From a virus, in the IMG/VR virus record IMGVR_UViG_3300025108_004281, positions 28,050-92,049 of that record: a stretch of 64,000 nucleotides of DNA; one strand, given 5' to 3'. Under the pieces are notes generated by a model that was given only the letters and a program-made list of their open reading frames with translations, ran no database searches and was not told the DNA's origin. The translations under genes were made by a program, and so were the position numbers. Of the stretch, positions 1-9,432 are shown in pieces. The number at the start of each line of letters is the position of its first letter. Positions within the stretch are counted from its first letter, which is position 1.

Positions 1-504
1 TTCTTCACTTGCTACAATAATACCTGTAACAAACTCATCTACCATTTGTTCATATCTACGCATCCAGTCAAACATACCTTCTCTAATAAGGAAGTCATCT
101 GGGTCTGTTGTTTGTGCTAAGAACCTTAGGAATACTTTAGGTCTGTATTCTTCTGGAGACTGGTCCATTATGTAAGGTAAACATTCTAAGCCTGGTGTAA
201 ACATATCTTCATAGAAGATTACGTCATCGCTTGTGATTTCACCGTTCTTCATTTTCTGTACTAAGTTCATTGTTTGACTTAGACTGTAATAACTTCTTCC
301 ATGTGCATCAAGTACACTACCTGTAACGATTGCTTTACTGTTATCAAGTTCTTCACCTTTGATTATTTCATAATCAATATCATGCTTTTTAAACTCTCGC
401 TCGTTCCAGTCTTGTAATTGTAATGTGTATCTTGCTTCATAAGACTCAAGACCCATGTAGAACAATTTACGCATTTTCATTTTGTACAAATTACCTTCCT
501 CCAT
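1..504 (-). CDS. N-terminal part of a putative glycosyltransferase-like protein (runs off the left edge)
   Basis: Not in ORF track. Open frame MEEGNLYKMKMRKLFYMGLESYEARYTLQLQDW...DVIFYEDMFTPG..., GGAG SD upstream of ATG 504. Resembles phage GT-like proteins found near TGT/queuosine-pathway genes (recognition only). Confidence 0.5.
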   Translation of the reverse strand, partial: MEEGNLYKMKMRKLFYMGLESYEARYTLQLQDWNEREFKKHDIDYEIIKGEELDNSKAIVTGSVLDAHGRSYYSLSQTMNLVQKMKNGEITSDDVIFYEDMFTPGLECLPYIMDQSPEEYRPKVFLRFLAQTTDPDDFLIREGMFDWMRRYEQMVDEFVTGIIVASEE

Positions 505-549
505 ATAGATTCTCCATATTAGTTATTATATCATTTTTTGTGGCCAATG

Positions 550-1143
550 TCAACCGTTTTTCCTTTTAAATGATGTATCGCCATCTGCGTACTTGTGATT
601 AATTTTGCTGTGATGTTGTTCATCTGCTCTAACTTTTTTAATCAAATCACTTAACTTAGCATCATCCTTCATTTTATAATATTTGATAGCAAGTTTAGGT
701 GCAGGTACATTTGGCACTTCACCACTTTCAACTAATTCTAAATAACTAGTATAACTTCTTACTGCCTCTTCTTCAAAGTAAGCAATCATTCTGTGTGCTG
801 TTTTGTAATCTATTATATACAATACAGAGTAAAATAACATAAAAATAAATTGAGCAAACAAAACCAAATACCTTTCAAACCAATTAGGTTGTGCTATCTC
901 AATAAAGAACATTAAGTGCATTCTTTCATTCTCTGCTTCTGCTAACATCTCTCTTATGTCAGGCCCATACCCAACTTTCATCTTACGCAGGCTTTTCATG
1001 TGTAACCACATACCAGCAACCATGCCAGGAACACCTGCTACTGTTTCTAATACAACTGCTCTATGACCATAACGTTTAGCAAAGAATGTATCTGCTATAA
1101 AGCGAAAAAACTTTGTCATGCTCATTGCTAACTTGTCTCGCAT
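550..1143 (-). CDS. aox: Alternative oxidase (ubiquinol oxidase, di-iron)
   Basis: AOX motifs LETVAGVPGMV, EAENERMHL, FEEEA, RADEQHH; AOX-type rather than PTOX-type (LETIARVPYF). Confidence 0.93.
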   Translation of the reverse strand: MRDKLAMSMTKFFRFIADTFFAKRYGHRAVVLETVAGVPGMVAGMWLHMKSLRKMKVGYGPDIREMLAEAENERMHLMFFIEIAQPNWFERYLVLFAQFIFMLFYSVLYIIDYKTAHRMIAYFEEEAVRSYTSYLELVESGEVPNVPAPKLAIKYYKMKDDAKLSDLIKKVRADEQHHSKINHKYADGDTSFKRKNG

Positions 1144-1649
1144 TAATCAATAACCTCGTCTTTGGTATATTTTGTCCAGTCTGTAAATCCTTTTCTATTT
1201 TGTAGTTCATGTAAACTATGACACCAAACACCTGGATTAGTTGCTTTAAAGTCTTTGTCATCTAGTTTAAGTGTAGCATTGTAGTTAAATTGATTAATGT
1301 AAGGTAACTTAACACTAATCATTGGTATAAATGTACTATACTCAGTCCAGCCACATTCTAATACTCTTTCTGCTAAACTAACATCAAAGTCTAACGTAAT
1401 CCAAATATCATCTTTTAAAAGTCCAGTAATAAGTTCGTCCCAACCCTGCCAATCCTTATCAGTTGGAGGGTTGAAACTTTGGTTGGCACCCAAATAGATA
1501 TGTGGACACCCGCTGTTTAATGCCCTAGCAAGTATTTCTTCCTTAGGCTGATAACCAACTACAAATAATGTTTTTTGTCCGTATGCAGGAGATTGCTCTA
1601 CCTCAGTACCAACAAAAAACTTTACGTCTTCGTGTCCTTCTCTATCCAT
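1143..1649 (-). CDS. Conserved phage hypothetical protein
   Basis: 168-aa ORF translationally coupled to both neighbours. Confidence 0.75.
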   Translation of the reverse strand: MDREGHEDVKFFVGTEVEQSPAYGQKTLFVVGYQPKEEILARALNSGCPHIYLGANQSFNPPTDKDWQGWDELITGLLKDDIWITLDFDVSLAERVLECGWTEYSTFIPMISVKLPYINQFNYNATLKLDDKDFKATNPGVWCHSLHELQNRKGFTDWTKYTKDEVID

Positions 1650-1846
1650 TAGTAACTAGTGTACCCCCATTTAATTAACTTATCCTGAAAGTCTACACCT
1701 TCTTCAAGGTCTACAAGTCTAACAGGCATTGTTTTACCGTCTTTAGTTTCTACTATTTCCATTGTTGCACCATTCTCCAACACATGAAATTGTACGTCAT
1801 GCCCTTCGAATGTGTATGTACCACTGTATGCTTTATTCTCCGTCAT
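1649..1846 (-). CDS. Small hypothetical protein
   Basis: 65 aa, overlaps TGT stop, GAGG SD-like upstream. Confidence 0.6.
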   Translation of the reverse strand: MTENKAYSGTYTFEGHDVQFHVLENGATMEIVETKDGKTMPVRLVDLEEGVDFQDKLIKWGYTSY

Positions 1847-3374
1847 AATCGGCCCTCATTATATCTTCTTGCATGTCTGCTTCACTGTCACCTGACTCGT
1901 ATTCTTCTGTTTCGAATAACGAACCAAATGTAGTTTGCTCAGCACTACCGTCTGAGAAACTAATCTCTTTTAAAAATTCTTTGTTATCTTCTAACATTTG
2001 TCTTGCATTGGTGTTATTTGGATCTAACACTTCTTCTGCAAAACTATCGAACATCAAAATAGTACCTGGTACATAAGGAGAAGTTTCATTGCTCACACTA
2101 CTGCCTTTTACCTTCTTCCAGTTCTTCCAATGTGTAGGTGTTCTGTGTTTTTCCATATCAGCAAGTCTGTTTGCTTCTTGCGTTGCTGTAATGTGATTGT
2201 AAACACTATGACCCATATAAAGTGCATAACTTAGTGTGTCCCAACTAGTTGTAGTCTCTTTACCATTCCTATTAACATCACCATGTCCTAAAACACAGAT
2301 GTCACCAACTGTAAGTCTACTCATTATAGGGGAATGTGCAAAAGGCATAGGCATCTTTGATCCTTTGAGATCTTTGTTATCGAATGCTCTATCCATAAAG
2401 TATCCGAATCGCTTGGCTCTAAACTCATTATGTGTGTAGGTTTGGCCATATGCTGTATTAACAAAAGGTGATGCCGCATCAAATGATAGTGTAATATTAG
2501 GATTGTCATATTTTCTCAACTGTCTTTGGATACTAGTAAGGTGACATGCCCAATTAAGGCGTCCAGTACCCAAGAAGTGTATCCAATCCTTACCTTCAAG
2601 TAAACCATCTTCTCTAAGATCCAATAGTCTACTTAACACACTATACATGTGTTTCATATTGATACCAGCGAATGCGTAACCTTCTAAGGTTCTATTCTCA
2701 TCACCGTATGCTTCTTGCACAAAACTTTTATTGGAAAAATGCTTTACAGCATCATACCATTGTTTGCTATTTTCTTCGTTACTACCACTTAACACATTTA
2801 AGAACTTGGTAGCACCTGGTGTTCTGTTCCTCATAAAATAGTCTAAATTAAGTAGACTAATATCTAGTGTGTCTTGAAATTCTGTAAGTCCTGTTCTTTC
2901 ACTTAGTTTACCAACTGCCGCAAAAGCAGGAACATCTAATGTCATACTCCAGTCTGCTGTATGCTCTAACCACGTAAGTATCTTATTACAAAACTCTGTT
3001 CTAGCAGGGTCATTGGGATCTTTTGCATTACTCCAATCCATTTTAATAACACCAGTAGCAAGTTGGAAACCACCTGAGTCTCCTAGTATCATTGTTTTGC
3101 TACGGTCTCTGCCTTGTATCATTGGTTCACGTTCGTCACTTTTTACAGGATCTAAGTGTGCGTGTCCACCGGAGTATAGACCCCATGGATAATGATAATA
3201 ACTATTCTCAGGATCAAGGAAGTTCATGCCTTGTGTGCCTTTTTCAAAGCCTTCAGGACATCTCCATTCACTTGGATTAGCATTCATCTTTTGTAATTGT
3301 GTTACATAGAAGCCACTAATAGCAGGCAGGTAAACTGCCCAATCCTGGTGCTTCTTTCCTAAGTCTTCTGTCAT
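1833..3374 (-). CDS. TGT-fold (tRNA-guanine transglycosylase/DpdA-like) base-exchange enzyme
   Basis: GDSGGFQ catalytic motif, MTLDVP, WIHFLG and SFDAASP motifs of the TGT/DpdA barrel; adjacent to clamp and polymerase. Confidence 0.75.
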   Translation of the reverse strand: MTEDLGKKHQDWAVYLPAISGFYVTQLQKMNANPSEWRCPEGFEKGTQGMNFLDPENSYYHYPWGLYSGGHAHLDPVKSDEREPMIQGRDRSKTMILGDSGGFQLATGVIKMDWSNAKDPNDPARTEFCNKILTWLEHTADWSMTLDVPAFAAVGKLSERTGLTEFQDTLDISLLNLDYFMRNRTPGATKFLNVLSGSNEENSKQWYDAVKHFSNKSFVQEAYGDENRTLEGYAFAGINMKHMYSVLSRLLDLREDGLLEGKDWIHFLGTGRLNWACHLTSIQRQLRKYDNPNITLSFDAASPFVNTAYGQTYTHNEFRAKRFGYFMDRAFDNKDLKGSKMPMPFAHSPIMSRLTVGDICVLGHGDVNRNGKETTTSWDTLSYALYMGHSVYNHITATQEANRLADMEKHRTPTHWKNWKKVKGSSVSNETSPYVPGTILMFDSFAEEVLDPNNTNARQMLEDNKEFLKEISFSDGSAEQTTFGSLFETEEYESGDSEADMQEDIMRADYDGE

Positions 3375-3376
3375 GT

Positions 3377-4120
3377 TTAACTCTTAGCAGGTAATATGTA
3401 TTTGTATTCGCCTAAACCACTGTCAATAACAATTTGCATTGCACCTGCATTAGCAAAACTAACAGTACAATTAGCACTATCGCTTAGTCTTAGAATGCTT
3501 AGTGCTTTATCAATTTCCCATTTCCAGTTACCGGATAGTTCGCCATCGACATTGTTGTTGATTGGTAATTTACCTTTATCACCGGCACCTTCGCCAATGC
3601 TAAAATATAATGCACCATCTTCTGTACTTGGAGAGAACACAGGTTCAAAACCACCTAACACACCATTGAAGTAACCTAAGTCTTTTAAGTTCTTCTGTGA
3701 TGGCACAATAGTAACGTCCCATGGGATCTCTTTCATTGTAACAGATTTTAGTTGCTGATTAATTACATCTGCTAACATAAATCTGTAACTACCAGTGTGT
3801 CCTTCTGCACTTTTAAAACTAATTTGTACAGGTATGTCATCTCCGTTTCTGCTCTGTGTTTCTACACTTACTTCAGAACCTTCGTCTACAAAACCTGGAA
3901 ATTTTAAATATCCATCTAGTACACTCATTCTGCTAAGACCTACTGTTTGATCTACAAAGTCTGCTACAGGATTATGTAGTTTACCTTGCAGGATAACAGT
4001 TTTGTCTGCATCCATGGCTTCAATTGTAGTAGACGACTCATCGCCACTAATCTTAACCATTTCAATAAAACCTAAGGCGTGAGTATGCCTTAGTATGTCT
4101 TTAAATATATCTTTTATCAT
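3377..4120 (-). CDS. DNA polymerase sliding clamp (gp45/PCNA-like)
   Basis: 247 aa, acidic, directly downstream of PolB, ends YKYILPA as in clamp C-termini. Confidence 0.7.
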   Translation of the reverse strand: MIKDIFKDILRHTHALGFIEMVKISGDESSTTIEAMDADKTVILQGKLHNPVADFVDQTVGLSRMSVLDGYLKFPGFVDEGSEVSVETQSRNGDDIPVQISFKSAEGHTGSYRFMLADVINQQLKSVTMKEIPWDVTIVPSQKNLKDLGYFNGVLGGFEPVFSPSTEDGALYFSIGEGAGDKGKLPINNNVDGELSGNWKWEIDKALSILRLSDSANCTVSFANAGAMQIVIDSGLGEYKYILPAKS

Positions 4121-4210
4121 ATGTTGTCACCTCTTATATTAAAGTTATTATTTAGGCCTTTACACCTAAAAAGTTTATAAATCCTGGCCGTTTGATACCT
4201 AACGACCAAG

Positions 4211-6916
4211 TTAATCATCAAAATCAAATAAACTATGGAATGTATTACTAGTATCTGTCTGCGACAAATCCCATTTTAGTACATTCAATAAGTTTTCTAC
4301 TTTCTTATCAACTACTGCCTCTTCCATTGCATCGTCATCAAAAGGCAGTTGTTTAAACCAATCTGGTATATGCATTTCATCTGTTGGGTATGCAATACTT
4401 GTATAACCCATTGCATTACTCTTTAACCTGCACACAATTACTTTCATACCATCTGTTATTTGCATACTGTATTGATCACTGTTTGCTTTTAACATGTTAT
4501 TCCAGTTAATACTTGCTCTAACATGCCCAGGAATCATTACTTTCTTTTCGTCTTTGAGTTTTTCTAACTTGTAAAGACTAGCACTCTTGTTCATACTGAA
4601 TGCTTTATTGTATGCTTCTGTGTAATATGTTAAGTTGTTTACCCTTTTAGGCATACCTTTCTTCCAAGAGTCCATTGCTTTGAACTCCTTCTTAAACTCT
4701 CTTACACTTGCAAGTACTTTTGTTTCACCGTCACCGTTTAGTGTCTGCCCTAGTATGTCACTTAAGAAGTCTTGCACAAACTCAGGTGTGTCTGATCTCT
4801 TAAGATCTAGGCCCATTACTTTAAGTTTTCCGCCTTCTGGTTGCCAACCTTCTAAGTCTAATACATTGATAGCATACCTTTTCTTAGTAATAAAGATACC
4901 TGCTCTACCAACAACTTCTCTACCTGCTTTAAGTATATTACCTTGACTAGTAGAAATGTTAAAGGCCTGTTTAGCAAATGAAGGGAAAGAGTCACTAACT
5001 GTATCTGAAATATTATCATATAATGCAATAGCACTATCCATGTCTAACTCAATATCTTGCTTTTTACTAATTTCATGAGCACTAAAATATACAGAGTCAG
5101 TATCACCATAAACAATAGTATCGCCTGTGTGATCATATTCGCCAGTCAACATTTTGTTTGTTTCTGCTCCCATGTGTCTAGTAATTGCTCTACCAGTGAG
5201 TGTTGTACTTTGTCCTATTCTATGGTCAAAGAACCTACTACCTGGATTACAAATAGCACCATATGTACTGTTAAGTAAAATTTTTCTAACTAACTGTCTC
5301 TTATCCCAGAATGCTATGTCCTCTGGTGTTGTTGCTTGTTTCTTTTTAGCCTGTAATTCTTGTCTCTCTGAATACCATTTCTCTAATAGACCGGGTATAA
5401 TACCTTGTACGTCTGTTCTATATACAGTACCATTTGCACTAATGCACCATGGCTCCTCGCTATTAAACAGCATGTTATACACGTCAGCACCTTTAACACT
5501 AATTTCTCTTTTGTCTTCTAAGTCTAATATAAGTGGCTTGTCAACATCTTTAGCCATAACCATTTCATATTCATTAGTACCAAACTTACCTGCCCATGCA
5601 TCTGCAAATGATTTCTTTTCTATTTGCATTTTTTCTGTAATTTCTTTATCTGTGTACTCTTGCCTTAGTTGTCCTACAATAGTTTCAGGAGCCATATTCA
5701 ATGCTCTAATGACACTAGGATACAGACTGTTTATGTCCATCGACCCTACCCATTCATGCATACCTTTCTTAGGAAATGCCACATAGGCACCTGCTACTGT
5801 ATGCCCCCATGGGTTATCTGAATCTTTAGTTCTATTTCTATCAGGAACAACCATGCCACGTCTGTGTGCTTCATTAACTATTGCTTGGTCAATAGTCTGT
5901 ACCGCACCCATTGTTACTGGAAGTAATACTGTATTTTGATGTGCAATCTCACTGGCAAGACTTATAAACTGCAACTTATCATCTAGTTTCTTAAGTAGCA
6001 TTGTGTCTTGTATGTTATACTCTAAGAACAGTTCAAAGTCGTGATTGTATAGTCTGTCTAAACTACCATCATACACAACTTTCTTTTCACCTACTTCCAT
6101 TTCACCAATGTAGTCTAGTCTGTAACTATGACGCTCTTCATAGTTATACTTTCTGTACAGTTGCATATAGTCTAAGTGTACACGACCTACTAAGTCATAT
6201 GTTTGTGTTTCTCTACCGTGATTAACATATTCTCTTTTAATCACGTTTTTGTCTAGTAAACACAGACGTCTTGTTTCGCTTTTACCTAACACTTTGATAA
6301 TTCTGTTTACAGTATAAGGAATATCATAACCTTCACTGTTCCAACCACTCAATATATCTGCATCATCTATGAGACTAAGAAAAGCATCTAACATTGCTTT
6401 TTCATTACCAAACAATATAGTGTCGCCTACATTATCTGCTATCTTTTGTGCTTGTTCCCAATTAAGTGTCTTAGGCGGAACTGCTAAACAAACAATCTTA
6501 TCCATCCAGTCTAAGTAAACACTGATACTGGTAATAGGCATAAATGCATCTTCAGGAGAACTATAACCTCTATCTGGATCAAAGTCTACCTCGATATCAA
6601 AAAAGCATTTGTGTAAGTCTGGTGCATCCATGCCCAAGTAATGATCTGCTAATACTCTGTTTACAGGTTTTAGATCACTTTCATATGTGCGTTTGTTTTG
6701 ATACAATGCAACATTACGTTTAAAGTCTTTCCAATTGTTTGCTGTAATCTTACTTACTGGGTCGCCATACACACTATGCTGTTTGCCTTTAGGATCATCT
6801 ACATAAAAGTAGTATCGCATAGGGTGATCAATAATCTTGCGTTCGCCCTCTTTAGTACGTTCAACGACTCTTACTATGCCTTTGTTCTGTTCAAAAACTG
6901 CGTCAACGTAACTCAT
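4211..6916 (-). CDS. Family B DNA polymerase with 3'-5' exonuclease
   Basis: ExoI FDIEV, ExoII GWNSEGYDIPY, motif A DINSLYPS, motif B KILLNSTYG, motif C YGDTDS, KKRY. Confidence 0.97.
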   Translation of the reverse strand: MSYVDAVFEQNKGIVRVVERTKEGERKIIDHPMRYYFYVDDPKGKQHSVYGDPVSKITANNWKDFKRNVALYQNKRTYESDLKPVNRVLADHYLGMDAPDLHKCFFDIEVDFDPDRGYSSPEDAFMPITSISVYLDWMDKIVCLAVPPKTLNWEQAQKIADNVGDTILFGNEKAMLDAFLSLIDDADILSGWNSEGYDIPYTVNRIIKVLGKSETRRLCLLDKNVIKREYVNHGRETQTYDLVGRVHLDYMQLYRKYNYEERHSYRLDYIGEMEVGEKKVVYDGSLDRLYNHDFELFLEYNIQDTMLLKKLDDKLQFISLASEIAHQNTVLLPVTMGAVQTIDQAIVNEAHRRGMVVPDRNRTKDSDNPWGHTVAGAYVAFPKKGMHEWVGSMDINSLYPSVIRALNMAPETIVGQLRQEYTDKEITEKMQIEKKSFADAWAGKFGTNEYEMVMAKDVDKPLILDLEDKREISVKGADVYNMLFNSEEPWCISANGTVYRTDVQGIIPGLLEKWYSERQELQAKKKQATTPEDIAFWDKRQLVRKILLNSTYGAICNPGSRFFDHRIGQSTTLTGRAITRHMGAETNKMLTGEYDHTGDTIVYGDTDSVYFSAHEISKKQDIELDMDSAIALYDNISDTVSDSFPSFAKQAFNISTSQGNILKAGREVVGRAGIFITKKRYAINVLDLEGWQPEGGKLKVMGLDLKRSDTPEFVQDFLSDILGQTLNGDGETKVLASVREFKKEFKAMDSWKKGMPKRVNNLTYYTEAYNKAFSMNKSASLYKLEKLKDEKKVMIPGHVRASINWNNMLKANSDQYSMQITDGMKVIVCRLKSNAMGYTSIAYPTDEMHIPDWFKQLPFDDDAMEEAVVDKKVENLLNVLKWDLSQTDTSNTFHSLFDFDD

Positions 6917-7163
6917 TTAATTTGTCCGAATATTTTAACATAAATTTATATTTGCTTGCCTCTGTTATAAACTTTGCATATATTTTTGCTACTGGTTTAT
7001 AACTGCTTGTATAGTCTACTTCTCTAGAAAAGGTTGCTTCTTCACCAAATGCAAAGAAAGGAATCATTGTGTCATGCAGGCGATCTTCGAAGATGTGCTC
7101 ATAGTCAGCATCATCTGTCCATTGCATGTCAAATAAATATACCTTTTCTACAGTCAGACTCAT
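6903..7163 (-). CDS. Hypothetical protein
   Basis: 86 aa, directly after a TTGACA..TATACT promoter, overlaps PolB start. Confidence 0.65.
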   Translation of the reverse strand: MSLTVEKVYLFDMQWTDDADYEHIFEDRLHDTMIPFFAFGEEATFSREVDYTSSYKPVAKIYAKFITEASKYKFMLKYSDKLNELR

Positions 7164-7223
7164 ATTAGTAGTATAACAGATAGAACTATATTGTCAACCT
7201 GTTTTTAGTTTATTGGTCCTGTT

Positions 7224-7490
7224 TTATAAGTGATCTTTACCGACTGCGGCTAGAATAGTTTCTAGTGCATCAAACTTGTCTGTTTCGTCAGTAAATGATG
7301 CCTTATGAGCAACTTTAACTGCTTTCATAAGGATTGCAGGTTTAATATCCATTTCTTCTGCTATTGCTTTAACAGTTTCTCTTAAACCTACTTGGAGTGA
7401 TTCTACTTCGTAAAGGACTTGGTCTCCTTCTTGAACTAGTTTTTTAAGTCTTGCGACTTCTTCTTGATTGAATGTTTTATTGAACGCCAT
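7224..7490 (-). CDS. Small dsDNA-binding protein (T4 DsbA/GapR-like)
   Basis: 88-aa helical protein with LRETVKAIAEEMDIKPAILMKAVK pattern; sigma70 promoter and AGGA SD upstream. Confidence 0.6.
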   Translation of the reverse strand: MAFNKTFNQEEVARLKKLVQEGDQVLYEVESLQVGLRETVKAIAEEMDIKPAILMKAVKVAHKASFTDETDKFDALETILAAVGKDHL

Positions 7491-7525
7491 AATAATCCTG
7501 TGTGTATGTAATTAATTATCTAAGT

Positions 7526-7554
7526 ATTATACTAAAAAAGTAGATTGTGGTCAA
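7526..7554 (-). promoter_or_regulatory. sigma70-type early promoter
   Basis: TTGACC-N17-TATAAT on minus strand. Confidence 0.75.
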
Positions 7555-7557
7555 GTA

Positions 7558-7863
7558 CTAATATTCAGTACTGGCCTCAAAGTCCCAATCGACCACATCT
7601 AATTCTTCTGCAAGTATATCTGCAATTTTAGTGCCTTCCTCAGCACTAATATCTTCTTCAGTTAATACTTCGTACACTTGTACATCATCTGATTCGTAAT
7701 GGACTACTTCTGCTTTAACTTTATTGCCACTACCATCAAATGATGAAAATACTTTGGTAGGAACAACACTTTGAACTATGTCAAAAAAGTCAACAATATC
7801 ATCACGTGATATTTCCTTTTCAACTACAATCCTTACAAAATGTTTTCTTACCTTATCTACCAT
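7558..7863 (-). CDS. Hypothetical acidic protein
   Basis: 101-aa ORF in operon context. Confidence 0.7.
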   Translation of the reverse strand: MVDKVRKHFVRIVVEKEISRDDIVDFFDIVQSVVPTKVFSSFDGSGNKVKAEVVHYESDDVQVYEVLTEEDISAEEGTKIADILAEELDVVDWDFEASTEY

Positions 7864-7868
7864 AGTAA

Positions 7869-8195
7869 TTACTTACCTTTACTAAATGCTTGAGCACCAA
7901 AGAAGGCGGCAACGATACCGGCAACTGCTACAAAGTATGTAGCGGCCATGTCACCTAGTATTTCACTTGCTTGATTTAAGCCAGCCAATACTGCTATTAC
8001 TACTGCAAAAGGATACAGTAACATACCACTTAGTGCAAACCAAGCCATGCTACGTTGAGCATCTCTCATTGCATCTAGATCTTCAAGTTCTTTTCTTTTG
8101 AACTCTAAGTACATTTGCTCTTCTGCTTTTGAAACTTTCCCATCTCCATTTGTATCAGCCGGATGGTGTACTGCTGTTGTTGTTTCTTCTGCCAT
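7869..8195 (-). CDS. Small membrane protein with EF-hand-like loop (holin-like topology)
   Basis: DTNGDGKVSKAE loop, two hydrophobic helices, basic C-terminus, AGGAG SD. Confidence 0.6.
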   Translation of the reverse strand: MAEETTTAVHHPADTNGDGKVSKAEEQMYLEFKRKELEDLDAMRDAQRSMAWFALSGMLLYPFAVVIAVLAGLNQASEILGDMAATYFVAVAGIVAAFFGAQAFSKGK

Positions 8196-8207
8196 TATGT
8201 TCTCCTA

Positions 8208-9320
8208 CTAACTTATGACTGCTCTGTCTGTTACTCTTCTCCAGTTAGTGCCATCGCTAAATGCCATTACTGGACCTCCTGTTTCATTGGTTACATATAT
8301 CATATGCCCAATGTATGCAGATGCATCAGGTACTGATAATACTGCATATCGTGGAAACTCAACTGGTCCTCCACTTGTTTCAACAACGCCATAGTCACTG
8401 TTGACTAGGGCAACTACTGAATCTGTTAAATTACCATAGTCTAAACTGTCTGTTACTGAGGCTGTAATTGCACCGTAATCGCTTACAGTTTCAAATAATA
8501 TTGATGAAACAGAACCACCTACTGATAGTTTTGCTTCTGACTCATCATATGTAAATGCTGATGAACCATTGAATGTACCTTCATCGTTATATTGAATTTG
8601 CGTGTTACTGCCGCCTGGTGTAGCATCTACATTAGCAAAACTTACTGTACCACTACCATCTGTAGTTAATACTTGATTAGCACTACCATCTGCTGTTGGC
8701 ATAGTGTAAGTGCCGTTTACAATAAGTGTATTTGCTCTTACAACGTTAGGTGCTCCATTGGGTGCTATACTTCCTGTTACATTACCACTTAGGTTACCAA
8801 CAAAAGCACCAGCACTAAACGTTTGACCATTTACGGTCCATTCGCCTTCTTCTTCGTCCCAGCGAATATAAACATTACTTTCGTTACCTCTGTTTACTAA
8901 TATTCCTGCGTTAGCAGTTGCGGGTTGGTTTGATGGAAGGTCGCTGTTTAAAACTATTTCATTGTCAGCAATATTGAGAGTTTCTGTATTAATGATAGAC
9001 TGTGTACCGTTTACAGTAAGATTACCTGTTATAGTAATATCATTTGCAAAGGTATTGTCTGTATCAATTCTAGCAAAACTTGTACTATTAATGCTATCTA
9101 ATGTGTCAGCATCGCCTACCGTCAGTTTATTCCATGTTACAGAACCACCTGATACAGTTGCAATTTTTAATAGTGTATTGCTTGAATCGAACCAAAGATC
9201 ACCTGTCGAGATATTACTAACGTCACTAGGTGCGTCAGATGTCCCGTAAATTCTAGAACCGCGTTTTCCAATTCTAAAACTACTTTGCGAGGTACCTTTG
9301 GCGTTCATTATGATTGCCAT
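8208..9320 (-). CDS. Virion structural/tail-fibre-associated protein
   Basis: G/S/T/N-rich; PTADGSANQVLTTDGSG and C-terminal AFSDGTNWRR fibre-type motifs; late promoter upstream. Confidence 0.7.
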   Translation of the reverse strand: MAIIMNAKGTSQSSFRIGKRGSRIYGTSDAPSDVSNISTGDLWFDSSNTLLKIATVSGGSVTWNKLTVGDADTLDSINSTSFARIDTDNTFANDITITGNLTVNGTQSIINTETLNIADNEIVLNSDLPSNQPATANAGILVNRGNESNVYIRWDEEEGEWTVNGQTFSAGAFVGNLSGNVTGSIAPNGAPNVVRANTLIVNGTYTMPTADGSANQVLTTDGSGTVSFANVDATPGGSNTQIQYNDEGTFNGSSAFTYDESEAKLSVGGSVSSILFETVSDYGAITASVTDSLDYGNLTDSVVALVNSDYGVVETSGGPVEFPRYAVLSVPDASAYIGHMIYVTNETGGPVMAFSDGTNWRRVTDRAVIS

Positions 9321-9406
9321 TAGTTACGTCTCTCCAATATGTACTTGTCTAGCATACTGCTAGTCTACATGTAAACATGTAGTCAAATCCTATTAGGACT
9401 TAACTA
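9321..9406 (-). promoter_or_regulatory. Structured 5' leader (multi-hairpin, SD-sequestering)
   Basis: Perfect hairpins CUACAUG/CAUGUAG and CUAGCA/UGCUAG; the 5' end is complementary to the SD/pre-AUG segment. Confidence 0.5.
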
Positions 9407-9427
9407 TATTTATCTTTTTTATAAATA
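9407..9427. promoter_or_regulatory. Divergent late promoters
   Basis: GATAAATA (minus, 9407-9414) and TATAAATA (plus, 9420-9427). Confidence 0.7.
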
Positions 9428-9432
9428 TATGT

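Noticed and set aside
5154-5786. 210-aa antisense ORF inside PolB (and similar ones inside clpA and the spanins)
   Set aside because: Antisense shadows of well-conserved genes, with no motifs.
4211-6916. Intein or intron in PolB, or stop-codon reassignment in the genome
   Set aside because: PolB is of normal length with contiguous motifs; core genes are intact in the standard code; no suppressor tRNA is present.
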